Part shown: positions 55,036 to 64,000 of the stretch, piece after piece
Position numbering within the stretch: position 1 is the first letter of the stretch
Layout of the letters: each line of letters starts with the position of its first letter
Assembly (NCBI GenBank): GCA_964016885.1
Contig: OZ024763.1
Coordinates: 22,444,001 to 22,508,000, forward strand
Source of the DNA: Eledone cirrhosa
Lineage: Eukaryota
Length of the DNA: 64,000 nt
Reading direction: 5' to 3'
The notes under the pieces: model-generated
What the model was told of the DNA's origin: nothing
What the model saw: the letters and a program-made list of their open reading frames with translations, nothing else
Database searches by the model: none
Position numbers and translations under genes: made by a program

Positions 55036-55890
55036 TTGGCAGTAGAGGGTCGGACGCCATGCTTTGATGCATAGAGTTACGGCCCTTGCCATTCTGAGTT
55101 CAAATCCTACCGAGGTTAACTTTGCCTTTCATCCTTATGGGGGTCGATAAAATAAAGTACCAGTAATACACTGGGTAATTGCTGGCCTTGTGCCAAAAGT
55201 AGAAACAATTATTACTATATATATATAAATTAGGGTCCAAAACACTTGCTCAAGGGTGCTTTGTTCTGTGAAGACCTTCAGCTGTTCAGCCCTGCTGAGA
55301 GTTTATTACCACTATATATATAAGTTAAGGGCCAAAACACTTGTTTAAGAGGGGTTTCTTCCGTGAAGATCTGCTGTCCAGCTCTCCTGAGAGTTTCTCA
55401 CTAAATCATGGTGAAATCACTTCTTCTTGTACACAGTTTCATCTAAATAATTGTTTCTACTTTTGGCACAAGGCCAGCAATTATCCCAGTGTATTACTGG
55501 TACTTTATTTTATGTACTCCGTAAGGATGAAAGGCAAAGTTAGCCTCAGCAGGATTTGAACTCAGACCATAAAAGGGGCGTAACTTTTTGCTGCAAAGCA
55601 TGGCGTCTGATACTTTACCAACTCTGCCAACCCACCATTCTTAGTAATGTTAATGATTTAAGCACAAGGCCAGCAATTTAAAGGGAGAGGGGAAAGTCGA
55701 TTAAATCGACCCCAGTGCATTACTGGTACTTTATTTTACAATGTTCACCTCGGCGAGATTTGAACTCAGAACATAAAGGGCCGTAACTCTAAACATAAAG
55801 GGCCGTAACTCTAAACAATTGTTTCTACTTTTGGCACAATGCCAGCAATTATAACAGTGTATTACTGGTACTTTATTTTATCGACCCTGT
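55036..55890. mobile_element. Cluster of Nin/Deu-like SINE copies (+ 55036-55213; - 55447-55635; - fragments to 55890)
   Basis: Core ataaaataaagtaccagtaat on both strands. Confidence 0.8.
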
Positions 55891-56435
55891 CTGCCAATCC
55901 CACAGATAGACAGAGAGATAGAGAGTGTCTGTGGTTTAGTTATGGAGTGTGATGGTGTATTATTGTTGAACTGTAAAATGTGAGCAATGGCAGCAAAAAA
56001 CTCATTGGACCGTGAAATGTAGAACTTTACTAAGGTAGTCACTCAACCGTGAACTGGTAGAGGGTTCTTCTATAATTGACTTGTGATCTTTCTTACACCT
56101 GGCTACATAACACATACATACATGTACACACACATACATACATACATACATGTACACACATACATACACATGTAGATTCATATGCACACATATATGTATA
56201 GACATATATATATATACACATACACATATATATACATATATGTACACTGACACATATACATATATGTACACTCACACATACATATATGTACACATATATA
56301 TATATACGGACACATATATACATATATGTACACTCACAGACACACATATACACACACACACACATATACATCTAAATCCATGTTTGCGTGGAAGATAGCT
56401 GTTAAACGATGATGATGATACATATATGTACACAG

Positions 56436-56486
<51 letters not shown>

Positions 56487-57112
56487 CAGACATATCTGGT
56501 GATAAAAGACATCTGTGTGCCAAAGGGAGTTAACAAGAGGAAGGTCCTGGTTACAACCAGAGCAAGGCCCTCCCCTCCCTTGATAAGGGTCTATCCCAGT
56601 GTTAAAACCACTGAGTTGCCCCCAGCACCATCACTAGATAAGGGGCTGCCAGAGAAAGGGAGAGAGGTTGAGTTGGGTTTCAAACCTTGTTAAAATCCCT
56701 GATCACCCCTTCTCCCTGATTAGGGGTCATAGTGGGTGTGTGTGTGTGTGGTGGGGTTATAATCAATGAGATGGTTACCCCAACCCCCTAGCTAAACGCC
56801 CTACCCTCCTTCAAACCTTGTTAAAATCACTGATCACCCTGCTTCCCCTGATAAAGGGACATGCTGGGTGCCTGTGGTGGGGGTTAAAATCATTGAGCTG
56901 GTTACCCCCACTAGATAAGTTCCCACCCTCCTTGTTCAAACAGTGTTGAAACCACTGAGCTACTCCCACCCACCCCAGATAAGGGGCTGTATGTGGGTGG
57001 GGCACACTGAGGTAACCCCACACACACACACCTCCAACCACAAGATAAAGGGTTGTCCAGCTGTAGTTAGTCTCTTAATCTGGCCATGAAATAGATGCAG
57101 AGCTCTACTCCT

Positions 57113-58783
57113 AAACTGGGGATCTATGAAAGCTATTAAGACCCTGTCTAACTGGGGGCCTATGAAAGCTATTAAGACCCTGTCTAACTGGGTGCTTATG
57201 AAAGCTATTAAGACCCTGTCTAACTGGATGTTTATGAAAGCTATTAAGACCCTGTCTAACTGGATGTTTATGAAAGCTATTAAGACCCTGTCTAACTGTG
57301 GTTTATGAAAGCTATTAAGACCCTGTCTAACTGGGGGCCTATAAAAGCTATTAAGACCCTGTCTAACTGGGTGTTTATGAAAGCTATTAAGACCCTGTCT
57401 AACTGGGGGCCTATGAAAGCTATTAAGACCCTGTTTAACTGGGGGTTTGTGAAAGTTATTAAGACCCTGTCTAACTGGGGTCTATGAAAGCTATTAAGAC
57501 CCTGTCTAACTGGGTGTTTATGAAAGCTATTAAGACCCTCTCTAACTGGGGGTTTGTGAAAGCTATTAAGACCCTGTCTAACTGTGGTCTATGAAAGCTA
57601 TTAAGACCCTGTCTAACTGGGTGTTTATGAAAGCTATTAAGACCCTGTCTAACTGGGGGCCTATGAAAGCTATTAAGACCCTGTCTAACTGGGGGTTTGT
57701 GAAAGTTATTAAGACCCTGTCTAACTGGGGTCTATGAAAGCTATTAAGACCCTGTCTAACTGGGTGTTTATGAAAGCTATTAAGACCCTCTCTAACTGGG
57801 GGTTTGTGAAAGCTATTAAGACCCTGTCTAACTGTGGTCTATGAAAGCTATTAAGACCCTGTCTAACTGGGTGTTTATGAAAGCTATTAAGGCCCTGTCT
57901 AACTGGTGTTTATGAAAGCTATTAAGACCCTGTCTAACTGGGGGTTTGTGAAAGCTATTAAGACCCTGTCTAACTGGGTGTTTATGAAAGCTATTAAGAC
58001 CCTCTCTAACTGGGGGTTTGTGAAAGCTATTAAGACCCTGTCTAACCGGGGGCCTATGAAAGCTATTAAGACCCTGTCTAACTGGGCATCTATGAAAGCT
58101 ATTAAGACCCTGTCTAACTGGGGGCCTATAAAAGCTATTAAGACCCTGTCTAACTGGGCATCTATGAAAGCTATTAAGACCCTGTCTAACTGTAGTCTAT
58201 GAAAGCTATTAAGACCCTGTCTAACTGGGGTCTATGAAAGCTATTAAGACCCTGTCTAACTGGGGTCTATGAAAGCTATTAAGACCCTGTCTAACTGGGG
58301 TCTATGAAAGCTATTAAGACCCTGTCTAACTGGGGGTTTGTGAAAGCTATTAAAACCCTGTCTAACTGGGGTCTATGAAAGCTATTAAGACCCTGTCTAA
58401 CTGGGTGTTTATGAAAGCTATTAAGACCCTGTCTAACTGGGTGTTTATGAAAGCTATTAAGACCCTGTCTAACTGGGTGTTTATGAAAGCTATTAAGACC
58501 CCTGTCTAACTGGATGTTTATGAAAGCTATTAAGACCCTGTCTAACTGGGTGTTTATGAAAGCTATTAAGACCCTGTCTAACTGGGGTCTATGAAAGCTA
58601 TTAAGACCCTCTCTAACTGGGGGTTTGTGAAAGCTATTAAGACCCTGTCTAACTGTGGTCTATGAAAGCTATTAAGACCCTGTCTAACTGTGGTCTATGA
58701 AAGCTATTAAGACCTTGTCTAACTGGGTGTTTATGAAAGCTATTAAGACCCTGTCTAACTGGGGGTTTGTGAAAGTTATTAAG
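57113..58783. repeat. Minisatellite, 35-36 bp unit, about 46 copies
   Basis: (a/g)tgaaagctattaagaccctgtctaact plus a variable 7-8 nt segment. Confidence 0.97.
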
Positions 58784-59203
58784 AGAGATCATGTCTGTGT
58801 TTATTTAGTCCTTAATTAGTATTTTGTTTCAGGTGTTTGAAATATACCTTGTTGATTAATAATTAGTTAATTGATAGTATGAGGGGTGGGGCAGAGGGAC
58901 AAGATTAAGACCAGAAATAATGATCTCTTGTAAACTATACCACCAAATGGTATGTTGTGGTGGGGTGTGGTGGTGTGGTGGTATGTTGTGATGTGGTGTG
59001 GTGATGATGATGAAAGTATGTTTTGGTGTGTGTTGGGGGTGATGATGGGGATGGTATGTTGTGTGTTGTAGTGTTCTGGTGGAGTGGTGTGGTTGGGAGA
59101 TGTAGTGGTCATGGTATGTGTGTGAAGCTGTTGTGATGTGTATAATAATACTACTACTACTACCACCACCACCATAAACATCACCACTGATACCACTACC
59201 ACC

Positions 59204-59271
<68 letters not shown>

Positions 59272-59499
59272 TACTACCACCACTATCATCACCACAACTA
59301 CTACTACCACCATCAATACTACTACTACTACCATCACCACTACCACCACCACCACCACCACCACTACTACTACTACCACATTACTATGTCTGACTCTACT
59401 AATCACATGTCCCCTCCCACCTCTACAGTTATATATTAGAGGGGGAGCGAAGGACTAATGGATGGAAGCAGTCATGTAATCTTGCTCAGGTCCTTGATC

Positions 59500-59545
<46 letters not shown>

Positions 59546-59677
59546 TTGTGTATATTTACATGTATGTGAGCATGTATATATATATATATATGATTATATG
59601 TGTTTGTGTGTATATATATATATATATATATGTGTGTGTTTGTGTATATTTACATGTATGTGAGTATATATATATAT

Positions 59678-59881
59678 ATAGGAACGAGTAGGACCCCGAC
59701 GGCTGAGCTCAAGCCATTTCGACGGCTAATTCTGGACTAAATTTAGTCCAGAATTAGCCGTCGAAACGGCTTGAGCTCAGCCGTCGGGGTCCTACTCGTT
59801 CCTATTACCCACTCTACTACCCTAAGTATTGAGTACTTTGGTGCGTTATGGTCCACCTGGTTCCTTACCACATTTCTTCCG

Positions 59882-59883
<2 letters not shown>
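59678..59883. mobile_element. 128-bp near-perfect palindrome plus tail (GAGCTCAGCC HHR family)
   Basis: Centre at 59741/59742; each arm carries HHR 3' half GAAACGGC..GCCGTC/GGGGTCC. Confidence 0.88.
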
Positions 59884-59917
<34 letters not shown>

Positions 59918-59922
59918 GATTA

Positions 59923-59960
<38 letters not shown>

Positions 59961-60251
59961 CATACACACACACACATGAGTAAGTGTGTGCATATATATA
60001 TCTATATATATATCCCACCCTTGCAAGCAGGGAAAAGCAGCTGTAGAATGATGATGATGATGATACATGTATATATATATGTATATATATATGTGTGTGT
60101 GTGTGTGTGTATATATATATTTGTATGTGTGTATATATATATTTATGTGTGTCTGTGTATATATATATATTTATATATGTGTGTGTGTGTATATATATAT
60201 ATTTATATATATATGTGTGTGTGTGTATGTATATATGTGTGTATATATATA

Positions 60252-60284
<33 letters not shown>

Positions 60285-60325
60285 ATATATATATGTGCGT
60301 GTGTATATATATATATATATGTGTG

Positions 60326-60356
<31 letters not shown>

Positions 60357-61508
60357 ATATATGTGTGTGTATATATATATATATGTGTGTGTGTATATAT
60401 ATATGTGTGTGTGTATATATATATATATATATGTGTGTGTATATATATGTGTGCGTGTATATATATATATATATATTACATAGCCATACATACTGGGCCA
60501 TTTTCCCCCTGGCTCTAGGTTGTTACCTAGACACACCACCACCCCTACTAATATTACATCTTGTGTCTCCTCCAGTATTCTTTCCCTTTAACCCTCACCA
60601 CCACCCATTCTCCCACCCCTCCCACACACGCACATTACCCCTTTTTTTATCCCCTCCCACCAATGCCTCTGCTCATCCTTGTTTCCTTATCTCAGAAAAA
60701 AATGTTATCTGATGTTGCTTAACATAGGGTGGCGGTGTGAGGGTGGTGGTGTTGTGAGGGTGTGGGTTGTGGTGGTGGTGATAGGTGTGGTGCTGTTGGT
60801 GGTGGTGGCTAATGTAGGTGGTGGGGTCGGGGTAGTTGGAATCTGGGTAGGTATGGATGTGGGGTCAGGGCAGTGTGGTTTTGTGTGTGGAGGGTGTCTA
60901 GGGTGTGGATGTGGGTCTGGGTGTTGATGGTGGTGATGGGTGTGGCTGGCGGCAGGGTCCGGGGTAGTTGTAATCTGGGTGGGTGCAGAGGGGTGGGGTG
61001 GGGGGTTGTGTGTGGAGTAGTGGTGGGAGATGTTGAGGTTAGTTGGAAGTTAGGAAGGTGTTGGTGGTGGTGATGTGGTGGCACCACCACAACACCACCA
61101 CCACCACAACACCACCACCACCACAACACCACCACCACCACAACACCACCACCACAACACCACCACCACCACAACACCACCACAACACCAACACCAACAT
61201 CACCAACATCACCAACACCACCACCACAACCACAGATTTTATATATAAAATATATATATATATTTTCCGTTATAAGATGTTATTTTAACTCAGCTTCACT
61301 TTCATTTTTAATAGATATCAATTTCAAAACTTATATCCTGAGCAGGCCGGGCGTCACTGTAAAGATCGTCTAGTCTCCTGAAACCTTTGGTACTGGAATA
61401 ATTATATTGTGTTGTTTATTATGTAGTTAAATAGCTCTGTACTGTACATAGAGCACTCTTATTTCCTTTACCTTTTCTACGGAAATACTTAAAACATATA
61501 TATATATA

Positions 61509-61690
61509 CCTCCCAGTCCACACTGTAAACGTTGTTGGTGTTAGGAAGGGCATCCAGCCGTAGAAAACCTGCCAGACAGTCCTATACGAGCGAGACACGG
61601 TCACCCGACCAATCTTGCCTCAAGTGGGACAATTCCCGTCTAAACCCATGCTAGCGTGGAAGATAGACATTAAACGATGATGATGATGAT
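61509..61690 (+). mobile_element. RTE-tailed SINE 3' fragment
   Basis: ggtgttaggaagggcatccagcc...taaacgatgatgatg; related pieces at 53480-53585(-) and 63020-63245(+). Confidence 0.75.
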
Positions 61691-61698
61691 ATATATAT

Positions 61699-61901
61699 AT
61701 AGGAAAAGAGTCAGGACCCCGACGGCTGAGCTCCAGTCGTTTCAACAGCTAGGTCTGAACAGTTCAGATCTAGCTCTCGAAACGGCCGGAGCTCAGCCGT
61801 CGGGGTCCTGACTCTTTTCCTATTACCCACTCTACTACTCTAAGTATTGAGTACTCTGGTGTGTTATGGTCCACCTGGTATCTTACCACACTTCCTTCGT
61901 T
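61699..61901. mobile_element. Palindrome plus tail (GAGCTCAGCC HHR family)
   Basis: Arms 61699-61760 / 61762-61823; tail homologous to 59805-59883. Confidence 0.85.
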
Positions 61902-62030
61902 ATATATATATACATCCAAAATTAAGATAAATTGAATTAAATTAAATTAAGGGTCTCATGCCAGATAGACATGCGCCATATCACCCGTAACATATGCTCC
62001 GAGATTCTAATGAGTAGATCCGAGCATTTT

Positions 62031-62130
62031 ATATCAACTAGAAATTGATTGACATATAATTAAACATATGAAACAATCCCCTGTCATTGTTTCATATGTT
62101 TAATTATATGTCAATCAATTTCTAGTTGAT
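62031..62130. repeat. Perfect inverted repeat of about 46 bp abutting (TA)n
   Basis: atatcaactag...gaaacaat / attgtttc...ctagttgatat. Confidence 0.85.
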
Positions 62131-62164
62131 ATATATATATATATTTGTTATAAGTACAGATTAA

Positions 62165-62216
62165 AGTTTAAGCAATGAATCGCTGCTTTCACCCTTTTAC
62201 GGGATCTTCTGAAACT
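62165..62216 (-). ncRNA. Variant hammerhead (CAGAAGA core)
   Basis: AGTTT-CAGAAGA-TCCC-GTAAAA-GGGT-GAAAGCA..TGCTT/AAACT. Confidence 0.65.
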
Positions 62217-62312
62217 GAGAAAAATATATTTTATGTATATATATATATAATCCTTATCGAGCCCTCATTGGATTTTAGTCTTCACATTTATTATTATCAT
62301 ATGCAGTGAATA

Positions 62313-62499
62313 GGGCGGTGAATTGGCAGTATCAGTAGAGGGTTGGACGCCATGCTTTCTAGCATAGTTACGTCCCTTTACGGTTTGAGTTCAAATCCCG
62401 TCGAGGTTAACTTTGCCTTTCATCCTTACGGGGTGATAAAATAAAGTACCAGTAATGTACTGGGTAATTGCTGGCCTTGTGCCAAAAGTAGAAACAATT
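62313..62499 (+). mobile_element. Full-length Nin/Deu-like SINE
   Basis: ggcggtgaattggcag...gagttcaaatccc...core and tail. Confidence 0.85.
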
Positions 62500-62534
62500 A
62501 TATATATAATATAAATAATTACAACAGTGACATA

Positions 62535-62586
62535 AACAAGTATTTAAATTTCATTGGGTTCTGGACCCCAACTCATTCAGCCTGTT
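62535..62586 (-). ncRNA. Hammerhead with 1-nt core insertion (CUGAAUGA)
   Basis: AACAGG-CTGAATGA-GTTGGG-GTCCAGAA-CCCAAT-GAA-ATTTAAAT-A/CTTGTT. Confidence 0.7.
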
Positions 62587-62747
62587 ACTTTCTTATATAT
62601 ATATAGTAGATAGTAGGATGAAATACTGGTGTTGGTACCAAATGAAGCACTCTATGCACAGGCAGAGTGTATATAATAGAAAAAACCCAGCAACTTTCAG
62701 TTACATATGAAAAATATAATAGAAAAAATATATCTTTTGTCACATCA

Positions 62748-62837
62748 CCAGTCTGAGGAGCAGGTTGATACTGGAGTCAGGTCCATAACTCCTATGGGTC
62801 ACCTTGAGCCAATCCTCTACAAAACGTGTGTAACAGG
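62748..62837 (+). ncRNA. Extended-stem-II hammerhead, GAAA>AAAA
   Basis: CCAGT-CTGAGGA-[insert with AGTCAGG..CCTTGAG]-AAAAC-GTGT-GTA/ACAGG. Confidence 0.55.
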
Positions 62838-64000
62838 TCGATACGTAATAAATATTTTTCATATGTAAACAAAACTTCCTCGTTTTTCCTATTATATATA
62901 TATATATATAGGACAGTGACCTCTGGCGTCACGCAGTAATATAGAAGACTCAACTTATCACGGGAACAAGCCGAAGCTGAAGCATATAGACAACATGCCC
63001 CACCCCGCACCCACCCAGCCCACACTGTAAAGTGGACGTGTAGGCACCACGAAAAAAAAGCACCCAGCACTCACTGTAAATGAGGTTGGTGTTAGGAAGG
63101 GCATCCAGCTGTAGAAATCAAGCCAGAATCAGTTCCCGTATGAGCAAGACAAGGTCAGCTGACCAGACACTGCCCACAACAGGACAACCTGTCTAACCCA
63201 TGCTAGCGTGGAAGAACGGACGTAAAAACGGTGATGCTGATGAGGATACATACATACACACATACACACCTACACACCTACACGCATATATGGTATTTTC
63301 CACCCACCCCTAGTTTTTGGGGTTTCTTTAAACATTGTTGACAAAAGTATTATTCAAGGTTTACCACAACTTCTTCCTGTCTCCCTCACCTTTTTCTCCC
63401 CTTCCACCCCTCAGGAATTTGCCATAAATGGCACCTACCATCTGTAACAGATCTAATGGCAAAGCCCCTCTCTCCATACACACGTGTGTGTGTTTATGTG
63501 TGTGTGTGAGTGAGTGTTCGTGTGTGTATGTGAGTGAGTGTGTGTGTATATGTGAGTGTGTGTGTGTGTGTGTGTGTATATGTGAGTGAGTGTGTGTGTG
63601 TGTATATGTGAGTGTGTGTGTGTGTGTATATGTGAGTGTGTGTGTGTGTGTATATGAGTGAGTGTGTGTGTATATGTGAGTGAGTGTGTGTGTATGTATG
63701 TGAGTGAGTGTGTGTGTGTATATGTGAGTGAGTGTGTGTGTGTATGTGAGTGAGTGTGTGTGTGTGTATGTGAGTGAGTGTGTGTGTGTGTATGTGAGTG
63801 AGTGTGTGTGTATATGTGAGTGAGTGTGTGTGTATATGTGAGTGAGTGTGTGTGTGTGTATGTGAGTGAGTGTGTGTGTGTATATGTGAGTGAGTGTGTG
63901 TGTGTGTATGTGAGTGAGTGTGTGTGTGTATGTGAGTGAGTGTGTGTGTGTGGATATGTATGTATATATGTATAAATATACCTTTCTTTCATTGTGAAGA

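Noticed and set aside
57113-58783. CRISPR-like array (constant repeat plus variable segment)
   Set aside because: Variable parts are only 7-8 nt and are reused; no cas genes; eukaryotic context
61335-61396. Hammerhead upstream of the 61434 hairpin
   Set aside because: GAAACC-TTT-GGTA half present, but core reads CTGAGCA and stem I does not pair; at best a decayed relic, not counted

Overview
AT-rich, repeat-saturated metazoan genomic DNA. The SINE types, RTE/CR1 LINEs and (TA)n density look cephalopod/octopus-like, which is an inference. No host gene is supportable, and most short ORFs in the track are microsatellite artefacts. The window holds a tandem/inverted array of a Penelope-like element (PLE; RT + C-terminal GIY-YIG) at 2.1-13.4 kb and a second PLE EN fragment. 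It also holds R2-like fragments, a CR1-group LINE, two near-full-length RTE LINEs, two tRNA-derived SINE families (one sharing its 3' tail with the resident RTE), hAT and Tc1-type MITEs, and several mini/microsatellites. The main hidden signal is about 26 type I hammerhead ribozyme (HHR) motifs plus several half-motifs on both strands, from roughly ten sequence families. Most sit in short non-coding fold-back (inverted + direct) elements inserted into (TA)n tracts. Many of these families, unrelated in primary sequence, share a covarying hairpin (RCUC-stem-loop-stem-UU/UA-GAGY) downstream of the cleavage site. One subgroup carries a conserved structured insert in stem II, several have non-canonical cores, and one locus is a palindrome-of-palindromes with flip/flop loops.
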